From an uncultured Chthonomonadaceae bacterium (GTDB taxonomy: Bacteria > Armatimonadota > Chthonomonadetes > Chthonomonadales > Chthonomonadaceae): a DNA stretch of 64,000 nucleotides. The stretch is taken from the NCBI GenBank assembly GCA_963835065.1, contig CAWIEK010000050.1, forward strand, positions 160,001-224,000, read 5' to 3'. Shown here piece after piece: positions 21,001 to 29,678 of the stretch (position 1 is its first letter; each line of letters begins with the position of its first letter). The notes beneath the pieces are model-generated. The model saw only the letters and a list, made by a program, of their open reading frames with translations. It did no database searches and was not told where the DNA came from. Both the position numbers and the translations under genes were made by a program.

Positions 21001-22901
21001 CATTTCAGATGCAGGCTGCCGACATTAGTATCGGGATACTTGATTTCCACGGGGCTGACCAGATGATCTATCGTCAGCGCCGCGCCCGCCGCGTCCGCTT
21101 TGAAATCCGCTTTGCACGGCGAGTTGGTGGCCGGGAAAAGCGACTGCAAGCCTTTGGGCATTTCCGTAAACCACAGGTCTACCTCCGCGTCAAAGGCCCA
21201 TTTGGTTTTGCCCCCGCTGTCGCGCGTCCCGGTCACGCCGACGGATTCCCATCCAAGATGAACGGAAGAGGGGGTGCTGGGAATGGGAATGGAAACGTCG
21301 GCATTAGTGGCTTTGAAAATGAGTCCTACAGTTTTGCCCTGATCGTACAACTGCACCGAACCTGTAACGGCAACGTTGGGATCGAAGTGGAGGCCGCCCG
21401 CGATGGTAACGTCCCAGGTATACGGGCTGGCGGAATCCAGGGCATGAGCGGTATCCGGCGTTTTGGTTTTGGCTTTAAGGGCTTTTTGAATGGTAATCGC
21501 CACGCTGTCCGCCGTCATGCCGCCGATGCCCGGCAGCGTGACAAGATCGCCCTTGCCGGTCTGCCCGGCGTCCAGCATAAACGTTCGCGCGTCCGCAGTG
21601 GTCGTCACGCTGGCGGCGAGGGTGACATTATGATCGAAAACGGTGGCGGCTATGGAACCGGACACGCTCCAATCGGATTTGCCGTCGTACTGAAAGCTGA
21701 GGTTCGTGCCCGTAAATAGCAGGCCGTCCACAACCGTGACGGTTTCCGTATCCTGCGCCGTGAGCAGCGCGTGTATCGCCCCGGAAACCTGTGCCGCGCC
21801 GCTGCCCGTGCTTGCGTCCCTGGCTATATGTATGGTAGTCGTGTCAATGCCCTGATTAGCGACGCCGAACGGCAGCGTCCAGCGCGTGGCGCATGTCGCG
21901 TCGAACGTGAAGACGCCGGTATCGGGAACGGCGGTCAGTTTCACGCCGGAAAGCGTGACATCGGGAACTTCGGGCGGGAGCGTAACGCCCTTCGGCAGCA
22001 GGTCACGGACAACCGCATTGAGATTCAGGGGCGTTTGCGCCGCCAAATCCGCTTCCAGCATCCAGTTGGCGTCTCCCGCGGCCTTGCTTGCGGATACCGT
22101 CAGGTCGCTGTCGAACAGCAGAAGCTGGCCCTGAAGACTGCCTTCTACGGTTCTGGTTGCGGCCTTGCCGGGCGTGTTGATGGTCAGATCGAGCGACACG
22201 CCGCTGACGGCGAATTTATCCGGGAACACCTGCCACACTTGATCTTTGCCCGACACCTGCGTTGCCAGATGAATGGAAGCGATGGAGGCGGCTTTGGTGT
22301 CCACGCTGAGGGAGATAGTGGCAAGCGACACGTCGCCCAGGCTTGCAAGCCCGGAAGGAAAGAACGAAAGGTCGGCGGAAGCAAGGCTTGCCAGTTCGGT
22401 CAGGCCAAGCGCGGGCAGGGTGTCGGCGGCAAGCGTCAGCGTCCAGAGGGCAGCCGTCGCCGTTACCTGAAATTCCACCGGCACGGCTTTTTGTTTCACC
22501 GTCAGTGTGGCATCCACCAGTCCCGTGACCGTGTTGACGTCCGCCAGGCTGACGCTCAGTTTGAAGCGCGTCACGGCAAGCCAGGACAAGTCGGGGATAT
22601 GAAGGGGCGCGGCATCCTGATAGGTCACGGTCAGGTCGCACGACTTTACGGCCCCCGCTTCCTTGAAATCAATCTCCACACCGGCCTGTGGAATGTTAAA
22701 AAGGGTGACATTGCCGGTAACGGCGAGACTGCCATCCGATGTGGTGGCAAGGTTCGCGTTTTGCACCACGATTTTATCGCCGCCGGGGATGTTGGAAAGC
22801 AGGGCGGGCAGAAGCCCGCCGCTTTGGGCAATGCCGGCCAGGGAAAGCAGGCCGTTTTGAATGTCTGTCTGAATCTCTTGCTGCAGCTGCGCGAGCGACA
22901 T
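18054..22901 (-). CDS. 1615-aa beta-rich protein with a C-terminal array of 24 His-Xaa-Asp motifs
   Basis: Uninterrupted ORF with GGAG RBS; no signal peptide; last 181 aa consist of HxD motifs with 3-7-residue linkers. Confidence 0.88.
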   Translation of the reverse strand: MSLAQLQQEIQTDIQNGLLSLAGIAQSGGLLPALLSNIPGGDKIVVQNANLATTSDGSLAVTGNVTLFNIPQAGVEIDFKEAGAVKSCDLTVTYQDAAPLHIPDLSWLAVTRFKLSVSLADVNTVTGLVDATLTVKQKAVPVEFQVTATAALWTLTLAADTLPALGLTELASLASADLSFFPSGLASLGDVSLATISLSVDTKAASIASIHLATQVSGKDQVWQVFPDKFAVSGVSLDLTINTPGKAATRTVEGSLQGQLLLFDSDLTVSASKAAGDANWMLEADLAAQTPLNLNAVVRDLLPKGVTLPPEVPDVTLSGVKLTAVPDTGVFTFDATCATRWTLPFGVANQGIDTTTIHIARDASTGSGAAQVSGAIHALLTAQDTETVTVVDGLLFTGTNLSFQYDGKSDWSVSGSIAATVFDHNVTLAASVTTTADARTFMLDAGQTGKGDLVTLPGIGGMTADSVAITIQKALKAKTKTPDTAHALDSASPYTWDVTIAGGLHFDPNVAVTGSVQLYDQGKTVGLIFKATNADVSIPIPSTPSSVHLGWESVGVTGTRDSGGKTKWAFDAEVDLWFTEMPKGLQSLFPATNSPCKADFKADAAGAALTIDHLVSPVEIKYPDTNVGSLHLKWGTGNVEAANFTLQLGSDISFSMDAGVGIPDQTNTLFGTKSDGTPSVNVFNTYRKGDDSTVTRLRVEADVKNGLSIRAVSSPFLALQFKTEGANTWCYVDFGDFGKFKFEVPVFSYDGKQFNAQGGFEQADPSVPLQIPLTPIKSLLNACHLNALGSALPNGIPLAEIKAFDDKGNLNTAALLKLLQKAGITLPKEFTSALDAIASRLDHLPTRFKSYLDFEIPEGFTFDITVTDDGRVSGKIAVEGDKPIKILTSCFIGPLPQLMGIELYSLTLGELFGGAALSVKIDAILDFFDIITMAAAIALPLDKLPILPNSNALVNTLTLHNLFVLVLYETVIPIPIPLFCEHLRYEYLGLEGLSVVTDWEFPKPQVPDFKQLLALFTSVEKFFTDRTYLLDPNASFGAAVPFSLTVGPNYLQLPKYLSGKLLGTQTGLQPPYTAYSLLAHLLNAMKTLSLNELIQCLPLEKRVGQETLAFGFMSGIYADWLITTPKEFRDLVAKNRVPAAFNDLNATIQVLPPSPTPNDEGMVLFLRGGWKLANVLDFDCRFGVAGASGGFGTVLHVAGSIGSLFSADLRGQVVISHNSPAFAVSGTSLLRVGDHTVFTASLEMDDTHFRMQGHLDLFPDSSPLKVKADGLMTLDNRGNLYLQAAVSVALQDFNILQSMVTITNNSATIEGQWLGVHAVFSIKRTGNAYDFSGMVLISLPLNLDTGAIQDPVTHTTLIPNISLNTSVGLQLDTHLGSSGFSASVSGQFVWSGHKVTMPAFTLSVSPRDIKALGDRVEKQIKDNASSLFSGLLTPHIDVAGKHIDTPSQHADVPAAPHVDTPPKHVDTPSKHGDTPQKAHVDAAAQHADTAAKHTDTASSHADSGGGHSDSTGSHDDTSFFGRAHVDSRPHWDTGKPHFDVGTPHTDATIIPHVDTTITPHVDTPVVPHVDSTLIPHADTQVLPHIDTKTIPHTDGTAIPHGDTSTPHVDVPAKAI
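18057..18599 (-). repeat. Protein-level His-Xaa-Asp repeat array (24 copies)
   Basis: HID,HID,HAD,HVD,HVD,HGD,HVD,HAD,HTD,HAD,HSD,HDD,HVD,HWD,HFD,HTD,HVD,HVD,HVD,HAD,HID,HTD,HGD,HVD counted in the translation. Confidence 0.95.
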
Positions 22902-23077
22902 AGCGGAACTCCATTCTTAGTGAGCGTACCGACCGTGTAAAGAGAACAGTGTGAAGAAAAACTGTTGGCAGAAACAATTTGCAAACAAGTTGCAGAGAAC
23001 GACTGCCTGCATCGTGGCGAGGAGTGGCATGTATCGGAAGCGCGGCATCGGGACGGCTTCCCCTAACCTTGAAAGCC

Positions 23078-23106
23078 ATTATAACAAAACAATTACCTGC
23101 TGTCAA
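23078..23106 (-). promoter_or_regulatory. Consensus sigma-70 promoter of the HxD/radical SAM operon
   Basis: Minus strand TTGACA (23106-23101), 17-nt spacer, TATAAT (23083-23078). Confidence 0.8.
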
Positions 23107-23256
23107 CAAATTTTTTAAGAATTTTCTATCCATACGCCCGTTTGTTTTTTAGGCTGTTTGACAGCACTCTGCTTGTGCCTTCTGTTTCTCCTGCGTAACA
23201 GACAAAGCAAGTTTTCATCAAGTAAAAAGATATTTATCCTTCCCAGTGACGCAGAA

Positions 23257-23282
23257 GCGGGCGTGATGAATCACGCCCCTAC
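23257..23282 (-). repeat. GTAG-type REP palindrome
   Basis: Reverse complement reads GTAGGGGCGTGATTCATCACGCCCGC; near-identical copy at 48916-48941. Confidence 0.7.
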
Positions 23283-23388
23283 ACACCATGTTTGAACGGT
23301 ATTGCTCTTAAACTTTTCTTAACATCGGGCTGGTATGATACCGTCGGCATTACACGGCTTCTCTGCCTATTCAAGAAAGGAATTTTTT

Positions 23389-24953
23389 ATGTCTACCGAG
23401 ACTTCACTTCCCAAACTTTCGCGCCGCCAACTGCTGCAAGCGGCAGGCGGCGTCACCTTTCTCGCGCTTGTGCCCACGCGCAACGGCTACGCCGCCCGTT
23501 TCGACCGCGACGGTCAATCGGCAACCGAAAATCAAAAATCGAAAATCCCTATGCCTCTGTTCACCGCCCTGCCGTATATTCAGCCCGGCACGAGCAGCAG
23601 TAAGTTGGTGGAGGGGCAGGAATCGCTTGTCATTGCGTGGCAGACCAACCATGTTCCCGCCACATTTACGCTTGATTACGGCGCGTCCGGCCTGAACCGG
23701 CAAGCCACGATTACAAAGGCCGAACGTATGAGCGGCGACCATGAGGACGAAAGCCATCATCAGAATTATGTCGCCACGCTGACCGGCCTGTCGCTGAACA
23801 AACGCTATCAGTACCGCGTCCGCATGAACGGCGAAACTATAATGGAAGGTTATTTTACGACCCGCAAGCCGCGCGGCGTGAAAAGCCGGTTTGTCGCGTT
23901 CGGCGATAATTCTTATGGCGACATCAGCGACCGCGCGATTGCATACCAGGCGTACCGCGCCCGCCCCGACTTTGTGATGAATACGGGCGACAATGTGTAC
24001 GAAGACGGCCTGGACAACGAGTATGCCCGCTACTTCTTCCCCGTGTACAACGCCGAGCAGACGGGACAGCGCACGGGCGCTCCGCTCCTGCGCTCCATTC
24101 CGTACTATTCCGTGATTGCCAACCACGATGTTCACGCCAAAGGGCCGCAGGGGCAGCCGGTCGCCAACTTCACCCTCCACAACGACGCGCTGGCCTATTT
24201 CACCAACTTCCACTTTCCCCTGAACGGCCCCAATCCCGCCCGGAAAACACCGGCGTATGGCGATGCCGAGGCCATTGAGCATTTCGCCAAATGCGCGGGC
24301 GGACGGTTCCCCAACATGGTGAACTACTCCTACGATTATGCCGACGCGCATTTTCTGTGCCTGGACAGCAACATTTATGTAGACCCGACGGATACGGGCT
24401 TGCAGGAGTGGATTGCAGTCCGACCTTGCCGGCACGGACGCGGCGTGGAAGTTCGTCGTGTACCACCATCCGGCCTTCAACGCGGGCTACGACCATTACG
24501 CCGAGCAGCACATGCGCGTCCTGTCGCCCCTGTTCGAGAAGCACGGCGTAGACATTTTGCTGCACGGGCACGAGCATACCTACCAGCGGACGCGCCCGTT
24601 CCGCTTCGCGCCCGGTGATATGTCTGCCGCCAAAGCCGTAAACAGCAAGAACCGGTTGGTTCCCGGCAAGTTCACCATTGACACGCGCTTTGACGGCAAA
24701 ACCGTGACCAAGCCGGACGGCATTTTGTACATCACGACAGGCGCGGGCGGCAAGCACCTGTACGACCCGCAAAACAACAACAACCCTAAAAGCTGGCTGC
24801 ATCCCGAAGACAACAACGCGGATTACGTTGTTCCGCTTCGTGTCCGACCGCCATTCCCTGACCGTCTTCGACATGGACGCCCACTCCCTGCGCCTGACGC
24901 AAATTGACGAATGGGGCGCGGAAATTGACCACATTCATATCACCAAAGCGTAA
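23389..24953 (+). CDS. Tat-exported metallophosphoesterase (purple acid phosphatase-like); frameshifts near 24415 and 24830
   Basis: SRRQLL Tat motif; FGD, GDNVY, ANHD, YHHP, GHEHTYQR, YITTGAGG motifs spread over three frames; ends EIDHIHITKA*. Confidence 0.85.
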
Positions 24954-24970
24954 TTGCCAAAGCCTGAGTT

Positions 24971-25090
24971 CCGGGGCTTTGCAATCCCGGCAGGAAAGTG
25001 CAAGTGTCCTGCGGACGCGGGAATTTTCCTACAGAGTTGCGTCCGCAGGACGCTCGTTTTGTCCTGCCGGGGATTTTCAATCCCCGGCTG
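24971..25090. repeat. Inverted REP doublet (REPIN-like hairpin)
   Basis: CCGGGGCTTTGCAATCCCGGCAGGA..GTCCTGCGGACGC mirrored by GCGTCCGCAGGAC..TCCTGCCGGGGATTTTCAATCCCCGG. Confidence 0.6.
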
Positions 25091-25238
25091 ACAGCGACAT
25101 GAACGCTTTGAATTCTGAAACGCCCCCAAATTCCGGCCAAAGCAGGAAAACAGCAACCTTTTCGACAAACATAACGCGCAACGCCCAAGACCGAATACCG
25201 AACGCCGAACCCCCAATACCACACGGAAAGGAAATAAT

Positions 25239-26543
25239 GTGAAACGAAAAACCGCTCTATCCCTGCTGACGCTTCTGCTTGCCTGCGCGCCGCTTGCCGT
25301 TCGCGCCCAGGAACCGCCCATCACGCCGCAGGGGATACAAGACGCGATGAGCGCCAATCCCGATGCCGCCGCGTCCGCGAAGTTGGCCGCGCAGATTCGC
25401 GCGCTTGCCGGCAGGCAGGACTTGAAGCAGGGAACGCGCCCCCTTGTGCAGTTCAAGGGCGAGGACGCCATTGTCGCCTTCGCCATTGAAGCCCCTGCGG
25501 GAACGCCGACCGTGACTTTTACCCGCGACAGTTCCACGTTCAACACGCAGCTCAGTCCGACACTGGTAAAACTCGGAGATACCGGCCTGTATGTCACCAC
25601 GTTTACCCTTGCGCGCGTGGGAACCATGCCGTTCCCGACCGGCGCGGGCATGAACTTCCACTATTTTCTGGACGGCAAGCCCGTTGAGCGCAAGCGCCCG
25701 GACGGCAGGCCGGAGGACGACCACTTTGAAGCCTATCCGCACAATCCCGATAACGACGTGGATGCCAGCGCGCCCAAAGGCAAATTGACGCAGATGCCGC
25801 GCTGGAAAAGTACGATTTTTGCCAACACAGAGCGTGATTGGTGGGTGTACGTGCCTGCGCAGTACACGCCCGACAAGCCCGCCTGCGTGATGATCTTTCA
25901 GGACGGGGGCGGCTACAAAGACAATGTCAGCCGCGTGTTCGACCGCCTGATTGCCAAAGGGGATATGCCCGTCACGGTGGGCATTTTCCTCAATCCGGGC
26001 GATCTGCCGCGCGGCACGAGCGCGCCGGGCAATCGGGGCGAGCGCAGCTACGAGTACGATACACGCAGCGACCTGTACCCCCGCTTCCTGCTGGAAGAGA
26101 TTCTGCCTGAAGTGGAAAAAACAACCAAACTTCGCCATGACGCCGCCGGTCGCGCCGTTGCCGGCCTGAGCAGCGGGGCGTCTGCCGCGTTCACCTGCGC
26201 GTGGTATCGGCCCGACCAGTTCAGCAAGGTGCTGTCGTGGATCGGCAGCTACACCGATCTGTCTCCGGGCGATACCGGCTATGAAGGCGCGCACAACTAC
26301 CCGTTCTTAATCCGCCGCCTCAAAGACGACGATCCCCGTACCAAAATCCGCGTCTTTTTGCAGGACGGCGGCAACGATCTGGACAACCCCTATGGCGACT
26401 GGCCGCTTGCCAACCAGGAAATGGACCGCGCCCTGAATTTCAAGCATATAGACCACAAGTTCGTCTTCGGCGGCGGCAACCACAGCGGCACGCACGGTTA
26501 CGCCATACTGCCGGAGTCGCTGCGCTGGCTGTGGCGGCAGTAG
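25239..26543 (+). CDS. Secreted alpha/beta-hydrolase of the enterochelin-esterase-like family
   Basis: Signal peptide; RDWWVYVPAQY, MIFQDG, RSYEYD, nucleophile GLSSG, FLQDG.NDLDN, catalytic His in GGNHSG. Confidence 0.85.
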   Translation: MKRKTALSLLTLLLACAPLAVRAQEPPITPQGIQDAMSANPDAAASAKLAAQIRALAGRQDLKQGTRPLVQFKGEDAIVAFAIEAPAGTPTVTFTRDSSTFNTQLSPTLVKLGDTGLYVTTFTLARVGTMPFPTGAGMNFHYFLDGKPVERKRPDGRPEDDHFEAYPHNPDNDVDASAPKGKLTQMPRWKSTIFANTERDWWVYVPAQYTPDKPACVMIFQDGGGYKDNVSRVFDRLIAKGDMPVTVGIFLNPGDLPRGTSAPGNRGERSYEYDTRSDLYPRFLLEEILPEVEKTTKLRHDAAGRAVAGLSSGASAAFTCAWYRPDQFSKVLSWIGSYTDLSPGDTGYEGAHNYPFLIRRLKDDDPRTKIRVFLQDGGNDLDNPYGDWPLANQEMDRALNFKHIDHKFVFGGGNHSGTHGYAILPESLRWLWRQ

Positions 26544-26552
26544 GTTGAGAAA

Positions 26553-26622
26553 GTGATGAGTGATGAATGATGAATGATGAATCAGCATTTTGTTCATCAT
26601 TCATCATTCATCACTCATCACT
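26553..26622. repeat. Palindromic heptamer repeat array (TGATGAA)n/(TTCATCA)n
   Basis: GTGATGAGTGATGAATGATGAATGATGAA ... TTCATCATTCATCATTCATCACTCATCAC; similar arrays at 17960-18050 and 37171-37230. Confidence 0.85.
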
Positions 26623-26930
26623 TCCCTAAAACCCCGGTATTTCTTCCGTGTTACACTCCCGGCTCCCTGTGGAAAAATGCTAGTGTGTGGCTGTGCAGGC
26701 GCGCTGCCATGATCGTAGCAACATTGGCGTGGTATTGTTCTTCTCTGTTCTTCTGTTGCCGCAATGCTGTTGTTTGATTTTGTTGCCTGCACGGTGGGCT
26801 GTTTTATTACGACAGCCCCGTTTGTTTGCGCGCTAAAAAATCAATTCGCTGAATCTACCGGCGACGTCAGCGCAAACAATGTCGCGGCGGGAGGCCGCGC
26901 GTAACGCGCATCACGGAGGAGCCAAATACC

Positions 26931-28433
26931 ATGAGTTTTCAGATCAACACCAACGTCACGGCGCTCAACGCGCTCAACAACCTCAACAAAGTTTCCAACA
27001 GCGTCGCCGGCAGCATTGAAAAGCTGTCTTCCGGCTTGCGCATCAACCGCGCCGCCGATGATCCGTCGGGCTTGATCATCTCCGAATCCCTGCGCGCCCA
27101 GATTGACGGCTTGAACCAGGCCGTCAGCAACAGCCAGGACGCCACCAACCTGATCAAAACTTCGGAAGGCGCATTGACCGAAGTGAACAGCCTGCTGCGC
27201 AACGTGCGCCAGCTTGCCGTACATGCCGCCAACACCGGCGTCAACGACCAGGTGGCGGTGCAGGCCGACCAGACGCAGATCACATCGGCCATTGCCAGCA
27301 TCGAGCGCATCGCCGAGCAGACCCAGTTCGGAACCAAGCACCTGCTCGATGGCTCGTCCGGTATTGCGGCAAACGTCGTGGACACCAAGAACGTTGCGGG
27401 CATCAGCATCGGCGGCGTATTTAACAACCTGACCACGCAGAGCGGCACGGTCAATGTCGTTGTCAACTCTGTTGCGACCCGCGCTCAGGTATCCGGCCTG
27501 GCAACTTATGCCAGCGTCACGGCCAGCATCAGCACGGTGGCCGGCCTCAAAACCGGCAGTGGCGGCACAGTTGTTCTCAACGGGCAGTCCATCGCCGTCA
27601 GCGGTTCGGACACGGTGCAGACCTTGATCAACAAGATCAACAACTTGGCCGGCACAACGGGCGTATCGGCGGACTTCACCACTGCCAACGGTTCGGGTTC
27701 CATCGTGCTGACGCAGCAGAACTACGGCTCCAACTTCCAGATCAACGAAAGCGAGTCCTCTCCCCTGCTGACGGGAACCGGAGCGCCCACGCTGGTCAAG
27801 GGAAATAACGCTACCGTCACCGTCATCACGTCCGCTCTGGTCAACGGCGCGGTCACAAGCGTCGTTGCTACCTTTACCGGAGGCCGTTCCGCAAGCGACA
27901 GCGGACTGCGCGTAACCGATACGACGGGCAACAGCATTCTGCTGACGGAAGGCGCGTTGAGCAACTACAACGCCACCACGCCGGTTCAGTTGACGGTTGG
28001 CACGGTGACAGCGGGCAATCTCCAGTTCCAGATCGGCAGCAACGCCGGCCAGACGGTTACGGCCAGTCTGGGCAACGTTCGCACCACCAACCTGGGCAAC
28101 ACCAGTGTCGCCGGCTCGAACCTGTCCCTGGTTGACGTGACGACGACAAGCGGAGCCACCAACGCGATTACCATTACGGATGAAGCCATCGGGCAGGTGA
28201 CGCAACTGCGCGCCAACCTGGGCGCCTTCCAGAAGAACACGCTGGACTCGACCATCAACTATCTGAATGTCGGCGTGGAGAACCTGTCCGCGTCGGAAAG
28301 CCAGATACGCGACACCAATGTGGCCTCGGAAGTCGTAAAACTGACCAAGAACCAGATCATTCAGCAGGCCGCGCAGTCGGTTTTGTCGCAAGCCAACTCC
28401 GCGCCCCAAGCCGTGCTGTCGCTTCTGAGGTAG
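26931..28433 (+). CDS. fliC: Flagellin
   Basis: MSFQINTNVTAL, EKLSSGLRINRAADDPSGL N-terminus; FQIGSNAGQ, RANLGAFQ, SESQIRDTNVASE, QANSAPQAVLSLLR C-terminus; GGAGGAG RBS. Confidence 0.97.
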   Translation: MSFQINTNVTALNALNNLNKVSNSVAGSIEKLSSGLRINRAADDPSGLIISESLRAQIDGLNQAVSNSQDATNLIKTSEGALTEVNSLLRNVRQLAVHAANTGVNDQVAVQADQTQITSAIASIERIAEQTQFGTKHLLDGSSGIAANVVDTKNVAGISIGGVFNNLTTQSGTVNVVVNSVATRAQVSGLATYASVTASISTVAGLKTGSGGTVVLNGQSIAVSGSDTVQTLINKINNLAGTTGVSADFTTANGSGSIVLTQQNYGSNFQINESESSPLLTGTGAPTLVKGNNATVTVITSALVNGAVTSVVATFTGGRSASDSGLRVTDTTGNSILLTEGALSNYNATTPVQLTVGTVTAGNLQFQIGSNAGQTVTASLGNVRTTNLGNTSVAGSNLSLVDVTTTSGATNAITITDEAIGQVTQLRANLGAFQKNTLDSTINYLNVGVENLSASESQIRDTNVASEVVKLTKNQIIQQAAQSVLSQANSAPQAVLSLLR

Positions 28434-28575
28434 ACGGTAGAGGGTAGACGGTAGACAGTAGAGGTTCAGCCTGCTTGATGCGCTCACTTTGCATCAAGCA
28501 GGCTGTAACTTTCAGGCTGCCATCTACTCACTCTACTCACTCTACCGTCTACCGTCTACCCTCTACCGTCTACCT
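28431..28575. repeat. Composite palindrome: (GTAGACG)n arms around a 15-bp perfect stem; probable transcription stop/stabiliser after flagellin
   Basis: Arms TAGACGGTAGAGGGTAGACGGTAGAC and CTACCGTCTACCGTCTACCCTCTACCGTCTACC; core CAGCCTGCTTGATGC-N9-GCATCAAGCAGGCTG (28467-28505). Confidence 0.75.
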
Positions 28576-28750
28576 TCCTCCCCCCTTCCTTTTCCTGTCC
28601 CTAACCGGGTAGAATCAATTCCGGGCAGACACTTCTTCGTTACTTCTTTCTGTGTTTCTTGTCCATTCAGTTAGCACAGGCCGTTTACGGCTGTTTCTCC
28701 GTCGTTTTCCAAAAAGAATACCTGTCTATCCAGTGAAGGGAGACTGAACT

Positions 28751-29587
28751 TTGATTGATTATGAGCAAATGCTGCGAGACCCCGTATCGCGGCGGGCGTT
28801 TCTGGCGCGCATGAGCGCGGCGGGATTGGGCGCGTTATCCCTGCCCCTGCTGACAGGCTGCAACGGCAACACCAGCAGCAACAATACCAATAGCGCGGTG
28901 GGCAATTCTCTCGGATTTCCGGGTATTCCCGGACGCAACGCCAATGAGGTTGTGCTGAACTACGCGCTGACGCTGGAAATCACCGAAGCCGACCTGTATC
29001 GCCAGGCGCTCAACCGCGCGGCAGGGCTGGCGTTGGGTACGCAGTTGGATACCAATCTGCCCCGGCCCGGCACGACCGGCAGTTACAAGATGGTACTGAC
29101 CGCCGGTGGCCTGGACAGCAATACGGCGGCAGCAGGCTTTTTATACCTGGTGCAGTTCGCGTATGTGGAGGCCACGCACCGCGATTTGCTGTTTGCGATG
29201 CTGACCGGCTTAAAAGCGCCCCTGACGCAGGCCAGTGTCAAAGGCTATACCTTCCCCAATTCGGAACCGGGCGTAGACCTGAAAACTATCCTGACCAATC
29301 TGTATTCCATTGAAGAAACGGGCGTACGCGCCTATCTCGGAGCCGTGCCGACTTTAACGGACAATACCGTCGCCCAGACCGCAACCGCCATCTACTCGAC
29401 GGAAGCCCGGCACTCCGCTGCCCTGGCCTATCTCCTGGGCAAAGACCCCGGTCCGGCGACGGGCGTGGCTTCCACTTCCGACATCAGCGTCACCGGCCAG
29501 GCGTACCCGCACGTCAACACCTTTGAGTATGCCTCCACTCCCACCGAAGTGCTGACGGCGGTTTCCACGGCTTATTATGTCAAGTGA
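28751..29587 (+). CDS. Ferritin-like domain protein (Ferritin_2 type), Tat lipoprotein
   Basis: SRRAFL Tat motif, LLTGC lipobox; LNYALTLE, EATH, EETGVRAY, EARH. Confidence 0.85.
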   Translation: MIDYEQMLRDPVSRRAFLARMSAAGLGALSLPLLTGCNGNTSSNNTNSAVGNSLGFPGIPGRNANEVVLNYALTLEITEADLYRQALNRAAGLALGTQLDTNLPRPGTTGSYKMVLTAGGLDSNTAAAGFLYLVQFAYVEATHRDLLFAMLTGLKAPLTQASVKGYTFPNSEPGVDLKTILTNLYSIEETGVRAYLGAVPTLTDNTVAQTATAIYSTEARHSAALAYLLGKDPGPATGVASTSDISVTGQAYPHVNTFEYASTPTEVLTAVSTAYYVK

Positions 29588-29678
29588 GACGCGGAAGTTG
29601 ACGGATGCTTGCAGGTGAACAGTTTTGGATCATGCCGATATTTCCGGCTTGAAAACTTTTGGAAGGATGAGATTCACG

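Noticed and set aside
19662..21719. Long plus-strand ORF (685 aa), and similar antisense ORFs at 26841-28487, 42066-43670, 54888-56603, 58441-59667 and 61915-63651
   Set aside because: They lie opposite well-supported genes and lack motifs; shadow ORFs expected from high-GC codon bias.
26780..26930. Sigma-28 promoter for flagellin
   Set aside because: TAAA is present but no GCCGATAA-like -10 at the right spacing could be identified.
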